This document shows positions 1 through 12,288 of a stretch of 64,000 nucleotides of DNA, piece after piece; positions within the stretch are counted from its first letter, which is position 1, and each line of letters starts with the position of its first letter. The notes beneath the pieces are model-generated. The model did no database searches. It was not told the origin of the DNA and saw only the letters and a program-made list of their open reading frames with translations. Where the stretch lies: NCBI RefSeq assembly GCF_009914755.1, contig NC_060934.1; one strand, written 5' to 3'. The position numbers and the translations under genes are program-made. Source of the stretch: the human T2T-CHM13v2.0 reference genome, Homo sapiens.

Positions 1-1624
1 TGGGTGGGAGATACTATGAGCAATTATTGGAAAGGAGGAGCTATTCCAGGATCCGGCTGTGGATCCCCAGCATCACCACACAGGCTTCCTCCAAAGCAGA
101 ACAAAAGCATAGTTAGTTCTCTTCCCCTACCTTCTCCAAATCAATGCCTGCAGATGGCAGACTCCCAAGGGAAGTGTTCAGGTCTGCATTCAGGAGGATA
201 GCCCACTTTTGGTCCTTTCAGTTTAATCTGAATAGTACTCCACCCACTGCTAGAAAACTGTCTTTTCTGATGTTAGAAAGGAAACATGCAGATTTGATCT
301 GCACACCTAACATTCTGTCACTATCAACAACTAAAGGGACAGTGAGAAGGCAAGAATGTGGCAGGAAGGAGAGCATTTCACCTCTTTGTGAAGCTCAGAG
401 TAGCAGATCCCTGTCTCCAGGCTACCTCCCTGAGCCTCAGGGACAAATGACAATGTTGTAAAAGCCTGTGTGTGATCCACTGTACCTAAACCCCTCCTCT
501 GTCAGCTCCCTTGGGTTTGACACTCTCTTTGTCTTCCTGACAACTCCCTTTTCTGGCCTATACACCAAGGGAACTTCTCCTTTCTAAAACTAGGAAATTC
601 AGACAAAGTAGGAAGTCAGGGTTACTTGATCAGGGACAGCAGCTTTTCCTCCAGAGGCCACAAGATGGACATGCAGTGACTGGAAGTTACATCTCCGAGT
701 TACTGCTCCTGGATGGAATGTTTAATGGTCCTGCCCAGGAAATGTCAGGGCATCAGCTCAGCCTCTAGGCAGGAACAGACTCTTCTTGCCAAGAGTGCTT
801 TTAGTTCCACTTCCACCCCCAGAGCAAGCATGACAAACTGATCAAGGCAGATAGAATACTGCTGCCAGAGCAATTATGGGCTCCTGGGGTCCAGGACAGA
901 ATGAGGCAGAAAGGCAACACCACACTGGCATTTCCATTAGCAGAGTCAGATGGTGTCTGGCAGAACTGAATCAGGGGAAACATGGTCTTTCAGAAGAATC
1001 AAGTGACAAAGACAATACTTAGAGACTGCATTTTGGGAACTTGCAGACTGAGACTTCGCTGTAGGTGTTCTGAAGTAGTAAGGGCCCTGAAGGGAGAAAA
1101 TGATGTGATTGATGTTCTAGAGTAGATAGCAACAGCCTGTGTGACCCCTGGAAGAGGATCGAGAGGCTAACCCCATGGGATTCATACTGAGAAAGGATTA
1201 TTATCAGCCTAAAAATGAGGAGGCCAAGATGGATGTTAAAAACCCACCAATTTTTAGATACAAGAGCATTGGTAGAACCAATGGTATTCCATGACCACTA
1301 GGGAGTATGTGTTCGGACATTCTCAGAAAAGTTATTGATCATTTTCATAAAGTCCTAAGCTAAAGAACAACTCTTGAGCTACACAGAACTATTAAAGGCA
1401 TGTCTAATGCCCAAGACTAGTGCCTGTATTAGACCAAAAATGCTCATTTAGACTATGAATTTAATTCTATCAGATATGCTTCAGATTACTTGTGTGCATG
1501 CAGTAGTTTGGAAAAGTGCCTTCCTGAATTATAAATATAAAACTGAAAGAGGATGAGAGTGAAGGTGACACTTAGAAACACATGGTTGGACTACTCAGCA
1601 ATTTATTAATCTCCATTTTTTTCA

Positions 1625-1741
1625 TCCCACCCAAGAAATCCGCCACCAAATATCAACATAAAATGCATAGCCAATCTTTTCATTTTTATTGCTTTAACAC
1701 ACATTTTAATTTTCAGTTGAACAAATTCTTAATGAGCTACA
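1625..1741 (-). terminator. Putative distal polyadenylation site
   Basis: AATAAA on the minus strand (tttatt at 1685-1690), UGUA ~50 nt upstream (taca 1738-1741) and a U/GU-rich downstream element (minus: ttttatgttgatatttggtgg...tttcttgggtggg). Confidence 0.6.
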
Positions 1742-4054
1742 GAGTGACATGAGTTGAAATTAGAATAAAGTAAAATAATACTATATAACCAAAACAAACC
1801 CAGTGTTACATATGTGAAATAATGCAATTAAGAGCACAACTAAAAAAAATCATTGATTCAGTTAAACACAAAAGACATGCAGGGTCTCAAACAAGGAGTA
1901 TTTGGGCTTCTATGTCAATGTCATAGGAAAGAGCTTTTTCTATTTCTGGATAAATATTTCATTTTTATTGATTGGCAAAAATACTTTAAGGATAAATATG
2001 GACCAGAAAGGCCTACAGTATTTTTGCCAAATTTTATCTATAGCCAAAGCACAAAACTGCTTTGAACTGGTCATTAATATAATGGGCAGTTCATTCAATC
2101 ATATTCTGTCTCTGCAGAGCAGGGTGAAATGAACAAGCAAGATGGTCAGAAACACCTCAAACGCCACTAAACTTAAGTTCCCAAGATATTGCTGCAATAA
2201 ACATGACTATTATGAATTGGTTACTTTTATTTCATCTCAGAAAGTCTTAGTTTAAATCTGCTTTCATCCTAAATTATAATGTGCATATTACCTTCAGAGA
2301 GGTCACTACATTTAAGCTGTCAAAGTTGTTGTTGTAATACGACATAAAGTAAATGATTTTTTTCCCCCAAGTTGCTATGAAACTAAAACCATAATCAAAA
2401 TGGAAAACAGGGGCATCTGGAAATCTTTCTCTAGAAGTTTTAATTCATATTTAATCACCCAACTTGCCCAAGAAAATTTTGTTTTAAGCCTCAATTATTA
2501 GGTACTAAATTGGGCATAAAATATGTCTACTTCTGTTTTCAGGAACTTGTTAGTCACGGATATGGAGGAGAAATTATTATGCTACCATTTAGGTCTAAGG
2601 AAATTTTCTTTGGAGGGACTGTACCACATGAGAAAAATTTGCAAAATCAACAAATAGCACATCTTAACCCTGCAAGACAGTTGCTGAAATTCTCATATTT
2701 ATATCCCTATGGACACAATGTATACTAACATGTAAAAATACAGCATTATAATGGTATAAGATTTGGCAAGCAATGGAACATGATTTTTATAGTAGTTTAA
2801 AATTAATTTTATGTTTAAATATTCAGGAAGGAGGATAGTTCTGTTTAACTGAGAGCAGGGGCTAGCATCTCTGACTTACTCCTTTGCTTTACTAATAAAC
2901 ACTCCACTACAAATCTGGTGTTAAAAGCCCAGGTCAAGGAAATCCCTTAGTAGAAGCTCAACTCTCAGTGAATACCACAGAGAGGTTCAGGTAATTTACA
3001 CAGATGGGGAACTGATGTGACATACCTAAGGTTGGCCTGAGTCTGCAGAAGCTGGGCTGTCAGAATAGAAAAGCAAGATATCTACAGGCTTTTGAACTAT
3101 TGATACAACTATTCAAAGGGGGCTTTAAATGTATAAGGAAGTGTCACAGACCTCCAACACCAAATAACCAGAACTAAAAATAACCATCCTTCTTGAAAAT
3201 GCCAAGGAAATAAACTTTGGAACTGGGAATATTTCATTTGAAATGAAAACACAAGAACTACTCTGCTAATATTAAGTAGCTTTTGTACATGTTCTAAATT
3301 GAAGAAACATTTAGACATAATTGTTAGAAATCTGAGCCTTTTTGAAAGAGAATTTTCTCCTTGAGGGCTTTCCTTTCCTACAGTTGGGAATAGGCACCAT
3401 CATGACTACCAGATACATAAAAGTGAAGATCCCCAATATACACATCCATTGCTCAAACTAGGAATGTGTGTATTTCTTATGTGGCTCCACCGTAAGAAAT
3501 ATCAGAAAGTCATTTAACTCTCCAAGGCCTGAGATTTGAAAGCCTATCCAGCAACATGGGCAAGAAGAGTCTAGCCTTCAGTCGACTCTAAAAAAGGCCA
3601 TGTAATTTTAAAACACAAAGTTTACCTGTATTCAGGCACATACTATGCACACGTGTGACCTCCATAAAGAAGGAAAGATGTATTTGCTACAGTTTGGGTA
3701 AATTTCAAATACAGGGAAACTTTATCCTACTACAATAATCCTTGGCCAACACTCTGCTGCAATCTATAATTTTAAACACAGTCACATGTTAGCAGTAAAA
3801 GAGGAAAGGATTGGTGTTAACAAATGGTATTAACCAACCAATACTGAAGATGGGCTGAAACAGGCATTTCATTGAAGCTTTCTTCTCCATGGTAATAAAA
3901 GTAATTTGGCAAAGGTTGTCCTCTTATTTCAGATCACGTAAATAACTTACTTCCCATGTACCTGACACTCTACATTCAGTTAATAGAGGTGAGAATATTC
4001 AGCTAATTATATATCTGTCTTGAATGATGTAAAATATATATTAATATTTTAAAG

Positions 4055-4190
4055 CCAGTGAGACTTTGAGCAAGATTCTTATCCCATTTAACCCTCAGCT
4101 TCCTTGTCTGTGGAATGATATATATCCTATAGGGTTATTTGGAGGATTGAATAAGATAATAGTTAGCATTTAACACAGAGCTGGCACATG
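4055..4190 (+). mobile_element. MIR fragment
   Basis: MIR core-like: actttgagcaag...cctcagcttccttgtctgtggaatg...agggttatttggaggattgaataagataat...ctggcacat. Confidence 0.6.
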
Positions 4191-4295
4191 AGGGCAAGGA
4201 TCACTATTTGTTTTGTTATATGGTGTATCCTAAGAACCTAGAACAGTGCCTGGAACATCACAGTTGTTTAACAAATAGCTGTTAAATATATGAAC
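4190..4295 (+). mobile_element. L2 3'-end fragment
   Basis: agggcaagga...tgtatcctaagaacctagaacagtgcctggaacat...aaatagctgttaaat resembles the L2 3' terminus. Confidence 0.6.
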
Positions 4296-7200
4296 GTATG
4301 GTAACCCAGATTGGCTCTAATATTGGGAAGAATTTCACCTACCATCAGTCAGGAGAATGGCTGAATTTCTGTTTCTCAACTTGCAAACAATATTACTAAA
4401 TCATGCTCAAAATATGTGTAGTTCATCCTTTTGCCTTCGACACGACTTCACCAAACCACCAAGACAAGTGTCTCATTCTATCCTTAATACTTTCCTCAGG
4501 AGGGCTGCCTAATCTTCATAAAACCAAAAAACTCTCCCCTCATCTATGAAAGCTAAATGCTTCTGCAACTACCCCTCTCAGACCCTTCCCTACCTCTGGC
4601 ACCTTCTTATTTGTTGTGCCTTTAGACTACTCCGTATCGTCTCCATTTTTCTCCAACTTACCAAACTCATATTGAATATCAATCCATGTGTTTTGTTCCC
4701 ACAAACCAGTGGGGACTGCTAGATGCCATAATGCAGCCAGCAGCCATAAAGCATCTCGTCTCAGAATAAAACTTATGGTCGGCCCCACAGCCCATCTCTT
4801 GCCTGCGGATGGGATTCTGGTCAGGTTGAGTTCCATTTGGAGACAGCTCTCTCAATTAACATTACTTTCTTTTAGAGTGTCCAGAAATGGATTCTATCTT
4901 GTCTGTTAGGGGGAAAATATTCACATGCAAGAAGACTAGTGTTTTAAACTATTCTTTATTTTGCTTTAATAGAATATATGTTTTTGTTCATATGAATTGG
5001 TTAAAAATGCCAAAAAGGTATTTAAAATTTTACTTCTTCTCTTTCTCTTTGAGATGACTAAGATAGCGTTAGTAGCCTCATTCAAAACATTTTTAACTAC
5101 AACTAGTTTTAATAGCATCCATGTTTTCTTTCCTAATTAAAACCAAAATGCCAAAATAAAAACTCTCAAACTGCTATTGTTATTAGTCCTGGCTTATTTG
5201 TTTAGTGGTAAAATGGAAAATACTAATGCTGAACATATCATAATGGTATGGGAAAAGAGTCATAAAGAAAAAAATGGAATTTTCATATAAATAAAAACAG
5301 TAACATCTCAGGTGGCAGAAATTTTCCTACTTTACTTAAAAAGAATTATTAAAATAATATAAAATTATATTCTTTTTAACTGAAATATTTCTGGCTTTAC
5401 AAACAGAAAAAATGAATATTTGATTCCTAAATATACAATAGGCAGGCTGTCTTGGCAAAAAATAGGCCAACAAAAGAAAGTACAGATTTCATTCAAATTC
5501 AGATTCTGGTGCCTGCTTTGCCAACCTAAAGAACTACTTACAATGAAAGTGAAAGAGGCTGTTTATTCTGCAATGAGTTCACAAGAGAATGGTGGATATC
5601 ACCAGGAAAAGTCTCAGATCTTATTCCACTCATACTACCACTATACAAAAATCTGTAGCCATGGGAACCACAATCTCTAGGACAGAAATGAACATTTGAT
5701 ACCAAAATTTAAGAATGTTTTGGGGAATAGAAAGACTAAAGGAATAATGTTGCTGGAAATTAAAATTCATAATTTTGACTAAAACTCTGTAAAATTTATT
5801 AGTCAATTTATACCTGGGATAGAGATGAGAGACAGGAGAGAGATATTTTTGGTTCACAGAAGAGGAAAGGGCATTAATTGGAGTAATTTGCTGTGATGGG
5901 CAGTCCTGATTGCACTATTTTGGTAGGAAATTGTTAGCAATTAACAGAGGATACCTAGCCCAGAGGTGGGTGAGATGAGAACACCCTCAAAATGAAGGTT
6001 CAGGAAGCCGTTGAAGTCACTTACTCTGTTGTTACACATTAGGCTTTTCAGCCACTCATTATTTAATTTGAGGAGCATTAATTATTTGGTCTGAAGGCCC
6101 AAGTTGCGCACTTAATTGTATATTCACAATTTTAGCTTGAAATTGAAACCGACTGCCTTTGAAGCTAAAGGTGTTAAGAATGCCAGACTGCAAGAATGGG
6201 TGTCTCTGTGTAGCTATGGAGGACCTTATTCCCTGTACATAAGAGATTTTTATGGGGAACAAATATGTTATATTGATCTTATGTTAAAAGATTTCAAAGG
6301 CCAGAAGGCACACTTGTGAATGTGAAGGCTATATTGTCTTTTCTAATACATTTGCAATTTGCACTCATATAATAAATAATAAACAGAAAGGAATAATGAA
6401 CAAATTAGCTTAGAAATTTAGTGTTTGAGTTTTTTCTTGACTCATTCAAGAACTATCCAGAAACTGACTTAGAAACATTTTACTTCAATAATTTTAATTT
6501 GTCATAAATTAAAGGGAATGATTTCTATTTCTCACTTTTTATATTTGATAGAAATCTTCAAATTTCTCTAATTAGAAGGCCATTTAGTGGATTATTATTT
6601 CGTTTTTTTTTTTTAAATTTTCATTCGAATTCCAGTCTAACATCTGGCAGGGATACTGGTGGGTAACCAGGGATGGAACTGCTCCTGTGGGTGGTAAACA
6701 CCCCTCTCCTCCCTCTCAAGGAACGTTTTTCCCTATGTAAATTAACACAAATTGATTTCGTTAAAAAGAAAGGTGAGTTCTTATTAGCAGGATCAAGCAA
6801 ATGTATTATCAGAGGAAGCACTAATCTCTGTGATGAGACATCAAAAGGTACATAGGTGGATCACCAAATTATCACTCTCATTAAGAAATTTCTGGCAATC
6901 CTCTGCAGAAGAAATACCTAAATATAAATGTGTCATGCTGATTAGTTTTTAACTACATAATGGGGAGATTTATTCATATCTTGCTGCTAGTTTTTCTTGC
7001 ATATAAGCATTTGTTTTATCAGCAGGTTTGAATCAAACTAAATCTTGAAATGCTGCCTACTACAGGAATTCACTCAGGTGGACAGATGCCTTTTTCAGCT
7101 CTATGCATCTTGTTTTTATGTCACTATTGATTACCACAGCAGATTAACTCCTAGGATATTCATTGAGTTAAAATTTTTATTGTTTTATTTAATTATAGTT

Positions 7201-9106
7201 TGCTTTGAGCTAAGCTGAAAATCTGCCTGGGTTAAAGAGGAGAACTTGTTCACATCTCACTTTGGGTAAAAAGTCATTTTTATCAAAGAGATGGAGGTTA
7301 TTTGGTAATTGTATAATTTCAAGTTATTTCTGTTCTTTTGGTGTCCAATACTGCATGTTCTAAACTCCAACATGTGGAAAGATGATGTTGGGTCCGGTGG
7401 ACATTAGATTTTCTAAATGAGATGCTTATGATTCTTGTGAATGTGGCTTTAGGAGCTAAGATACACAACTGCTAGTTTGGTGATTTCAAAAAAATTTTCT
7501 ATACAGCTGGTAGTTTGGTGATTAAAAGAAAATTCCTCTCCCCACTAAATTATAAATTTATACTTCTATCTGGAAGAAGGATATACCACAGATGTCACTC
7601 GTGCAACATCTACACTTAGAGCAGAAAATGATGGCAGCATTTCAATAAAAGAAAATCTCTATTTGCCTCAATCATCTAGATAATTCTGAAAAACAGAGTC
7701 ATCTGAATTCCCTAATTCCCTTCTTCACTGCCTTTTCTTCTGGGCAGTGCATTCTGTTCAGAATAGTTATTGTAGGCCAGTCTATGGTGCAAAACAGGGA
7801 GGAGTTTATTGCCTTCACCTCCTAGGAAGTTTTACACTGAGCTCAGGCAATCCAGCTACTTGGAAGATTGAAATAATTCATTACAAGAAATTTAACATTT
7901 CCTGCATAATTAATAATGACCTATTAAATAGATCCTTCTTTTCCCATACCATTATGCTTAAGATTCCACACATATCGTACTGTCAATCTTTATGCTTTTC
8001 TATGTTTCATGCATCCTTTTACCCAAACTGGTTCTCCTAATATCAACTGGTATTGTATGTGTAAATTTTTTTCTCATCAATCTAAGGTTACATCGTTGCT
8101 GAGACGCCTCTCATCAATGGCAATGTTTTAGAAGTAAAAAGGTACAATATAATACTATTATGATAATGTAGAATAGAAAATGTTTTTTAAAGTCTGTGAA
8201 TCAGAACTCTATGAATGAGAAAAAATGAAAACAAAACTTATGGCCTCCAAAGAGTTTCTGTTAAGGACATTTTTGAAAGACAGAGAGAGGCAGGTCATCA
8301 GGGGAGAGAAAAAGAGAGAGAGAATGACAGAGAGAGGTACACTAGACTCTAAGACTATTATGAAGTCCATTATGAACTCAACTAGGAATGAACACAGTGA
8401 CTGGAGTTGTAAAATGACCCCAGTGACTTTTATTTAAAAGAACGTTATTAAAATCACTCCAGCTTCATTGCCATTAACTGCTTCATAGTTCAATGGTACA
8501 GTTCATGCAGTTATATTTTACTCAACGTCAAAAGGTTTTTCAAACTGCCATTTTCCTTTTAATTACAATTGCAAGCTGATAAAAATGTATTTTTATGTTT
8601 GTAAAAATAGGGTCATACAGAACTTACACTTCTGTTATTATTAATATAACTCACTTTGGGATATAGTTTGTTGTCTCATTTTCCCAATGGGTGATAACTC
8701 TTCTTTCACATATGTATTCGGATAGGCCTAACACTCAAAAGTACAGAACTCTCTAACACATTGGAAACCCAAAAGGTGAGTATGTGGCATCAGAACTCAT
8801 TGTAACCTTTATAATGTTAAGAAAGCATTTTATTAATAAACAAGGTTGACCTTCAAAATCCAGCAAGTAGCCTAACTATTCAAATTTGATTAGTTTATAA
8901 TGGATATTAGCCTAATAAGTTGACAATGAGTACAGCTATCTAGAGATTAAAAGGTGGTTTTTTTGCTATGGCAGGAATCATACATTTCTGCCTGGTTAGG
9001 TGCCAGGTTAGATCAGATAAAGAAAGCATGGAGATTAAATGGGAAAATATTTTATAAAAGTCTTTTGTTTCTATTAAAAAACCAAGTTAGGAGCTCATGT
9101 TAGTGT

Positions 9107-9185
9107 TTTAATTCAAGATAAGGATGATAAGTGTACATGAAGTATTACAGATAAACAGGACTCTCTGGCCTCTCCTGTGTTTATT
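9107..9185 (-). terminator. Candidate proximal poly(A) signals
   Basis: AATAAA at 9180-9185 and ATTAAA at 9107-9112 on the minus strand, 290-370 nt past the stop codon. Usage cannot be established from sequence. Confidence 0.4.
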
Positions 9186-9476
9186 TGGTAACGAATAGTA
9201 GATAATCTCTATGATGGGAAACGCTGAATGACACGTGATAATTTCATTCATTCAACAAGCAAATATTCCTTAACTATTAGGTGCTGACCATACAGAAATG
9301 ACAGTGATATGATCCCAAATATATATTGCTTTTGTTGATTTAGCGCCCAATATTTTATGTTATTTGTGAGTTAAACACCAAAACTTAGTGAAATTACAGA
9401 ACTTCTTAAGTGTAAAATAAAGCAGTGTGGTTAGGCAGGATTTTGTCATATAGGCACTATATGTAGAATAGTGGTT

Positions 9477-9764
9477 TCAGTAGATTTGTCTTCCTCTAAA
9501 TTCACTCATGACTTGCAATGGATGGATTTTTTTCTTTGCTGAGCCTCGTCTGACAGCTGCACACGTTTCCTCTGGCTTCTCTCTTTTAATCAAGGGTTTT
9601 TTTGCAGGAGCCTTCATTCTCCACATCACAACTGGGTGCCGGGGCCCAGCAGGACTCTGGATTCGGATGATCTTGGTTGAGGCAATGTAAGACATTTTCA
9701 CTGTTTGCACTACAGCATTCATTAAATTTTTGGCTGCTTGGATCAGGGATGTGACACTGTCCAA
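9477..9764 (-). CDS. CTNNA3: Alpha-T-catenin (catenin alpha-3), terminal coding exon: C-terminal part of the F-actin-binding (VH3) domain and tail
   Basis: Translates to LDSVTSLIQAAKNLMNAVVQTVKMSYIASTK...HPVVMWRMKAPAKKPLIKREKPEE...RRGSAKKKIHPLQVMSEFRGRQIY*, recognised as the alpha-T-catenin C-terminus. The acceptor is a pyrimidine tract plus CTACAG|TTG GAC (AG at 9765-9766), phase 0. TGA is at 9477-9479. The track's first 'M' is a TTG Leu codon at the exon start. Confidence 0.97.
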   Translation of the reverse strand: MDSVTSLIQAAKNLMNAVVQTVKMSYIASTKIIRIQSPAGPRHPVVMWRMKAPAKKPLIKREKPEETCAAVRRGSAKKKIHPLQVMSEFRGRQIY

Positions 9765-9820
9765 CTGTAGGGAAAAAAGAGAAAAAAGAGCTATTATTCC
9801 AGGAGGTTTTGTTAATTATT

Positions 9821-10016
<196 letters not shown>

Positions 10017-11074
10017 CTATTAATGTCACAATAAGCTGCTCAATATTGTCTATGCCAAAACATAAATCAATAAGTTCTGCCTCATTTTTTTGTATCTAGA
10101 TGGATAAGTGATTATGTTCAATTAACTCTTATGCTAATTATGTAATGTGTTTTGCAAATAACCCTAATACGCCAATTTAAATAGAATCCTGTTAAATATT
10201 ATCCTGTATAAATCTTACTTTTATTATAGTGTCTCTTCTGTGCTTTGTGGTATTATATGGTTTCAGTTTAACAACGGTACAAATTGGACCAATTCTACAA
10301 ATGTTTACGGATAAAGGACTTGCTCTTAAAAACATATCAATAGCCATTTACTACAAAAAGGTGGAGTTTAGCAACAATAAAATACATTTTCTGTTTCCTC
10401 ATAAAATGTTAACATTTCGTCCATGTAAGTAGTTTGTATAGAATACCTGGATCTTTTCTCAAAAACACTAAATACCTATAAATCCTTGACAACTATGTCA
10501 ATTTGGAATGTCTGCTAGCAAACCCTTGCCAAAACCCTATTGTAATTAGTGATAGCTAAGAGGAATATTCAAAAAGACATGGTACATATTCCTTCTCTTG
10601 CTTTTGGAAGTTTCTCACAGAGATTGTGTCAAAACACTAGAATGCTTTCTACTCGTAGGACACTAGTCTAACTCCCTATAGTTTGGATTCAAGACTGTTA
10701 CCAGACATACGCCTTACATGAGGATTCTAAGCCTACGTGAACCTCACTTCCACTGGTGTGGATCTCACTTTCTTGCACCTGGTCTGTCACCTGGGAAAGC
10801 AGCTTCCCAATCACAGGGCAGTGTGAACTGCCATGCCAACTGCTTCTTCTGAGACTCCTGCTGAGAGAAAAACCTGATGCTGCTTGGAAAGATATATGGT
10901 CTGTCCAGTAACCTTTTTGGTAAATTGGTACCAAATGTAGCCTATGATCTTGAGTCTCAAGGTGTACCTGAATTCAAAGACCCCTGTTGGATGTTGGTCC
11001 TGCACAAAAGCAATTTTTGAAAGACAAATGTCAAGAGTTTGGTTCCAAGTGTCAGAAGAGCTTAAAATAATTGC

Positions 11075-11290
11075 TAATATCTATTATATGCTGTAGTATG
11101 CAGTTGACATAAAGTAACTCATAGCAACCCTATGAGGTAAGTACTCTTATTATCTTCATTTTATGGATGAAGAAACAAAGGAACTGGAAGGTCTGGTGAC
11201 TTGCTCAAAGTAACACAGATATTAGATAGTAGGGCTGGAACTGGAACCAAGTAAGTCTGGTTCTACCTTGCGTTTTTTCTCATTACATAA
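11075..11290 (-). mobile_element. MIR
   Basis: caaccctatgaggtaagtactcttattatcttcattttatggatgaagaaac...gtgacttgctcaaagtaacacag...gggctggaactggaacc. Confidence 0.7.
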
Positions 11291-11908
11291 ACCTGCCTCC
11301 AAGAATATCCTACTTCCAATATGTGATTATTTTTCGATATCAAATAGTTAAATAAATTATACTAACCTTAACAGAGTGTCTAAAATTTTAAAGTTGACTA
11401 GCCAGCAACTCTGCTTTTAAGAAGCTTGCTCTTATTTTTGTAATGCATGTTGCTACCAGGAGCAATAGAGTATCTTATTTGCCAATGCATTTTGTTAGGA
11501 TTGTGGTTTGAAAATTTATATACTAATTTCCAAGTTGTGTTTCTTTGGAAGAGCAAATAGAAGTACTCAGTCACCCTTATAGGCCCCAAACCATTTAAAG
11601 ACATTTAGATTAAGACTATTTCATAACAAAACATTTTTAAATTTTAAAATCTGGGTCTCAATACACATATCAATAAGGCAAAGAAGAACCATAAACAAAT
11701 CACATTATAGGTTCTAGGACATGGAAGTACATAACATTTATCTTTAAATCTTTTAAATGTGTCAGTATAAATACAATCCTGATTAACCAAACTTTTTTTT
11801 CTTATTCTCCAATAAAATTAAGTCAATTTGTTTGCTTGGTTTTGCAAAAATAACAGGATTTGATCCTAGGACTCCAGAGTTTCTTCTCAATGTAGTTATT
11901 TTTAAAGT

Positions 11909-12288
11909 TGTATTCGTTCATTTACACACTACTATAAAGATACTACCCGAGACTGGGTTATTTATAAAGGAAAGAGGTTTAATTGACTCACAGTTCTGCA
12001 TGTCTGGCAGGGAGGCCTCAGGAAACTTACAATCATGGCAGAAGGGGAAGCAGACACATCTTACATGGCAACAGGAGAGAGACAGCAAACAAAAGCAGGG
12101 AAAACTGCCTTATAAAACCATCGATCTCATGAGAACTCACTATCACGAGAACAGCATGGGGGAAACTGCCTCCATGATCCAGTCACCTCCCTCCCTCAAT
12201 ATGTGGGGAATTACAGGTCGCTCCCTCACACTTGGGGATTACAATTGAAGATGAGATTTGGGTGGGGACACAAAGCCTAACCATATCA
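11909..12288 (-). mobile_element. MaLR solo LTR (THE1D/MSTA-like)
   Basis: TG...CA termini, perfect 5-bp TSD AAAGT (11904-11908 and 12289-12293), THE1 motifs gagactggg..tttataaaggaaagaggtttaattgactcacagttc and gatgagatttgggtggggacaca. Confidence 0.93.

Larger units (their letters stand above)
1670..9476 (-). other. CTNNA3: Long 3' UTR of CTNNA3 (up to ~7.8 kb; distal end inferred)
   Basis: AT-rich, nearly free of young repeats downstream of the stop codon, ending at a well-formed poly(A) signal near 1685. Consistent with my recollection of a ~10-kb mRNA isoform; not verified. Confidence 0.6.

Noticed and set aside
3461-8356. Muscle miRNA seed matches in the 3' UTR (miR-1-type at 3461-3467 and 4111-4117; miR-499-type at 8350-8356)
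   Set aside because: A given 7-mer is expected roughly once by chance in ~8 kb of AT-rich sequence; uninformative without conservation data.
11832-12248. 138-aa ORF
   Set aside because: Chance frame through a THE1-type LTR with a TTG start.
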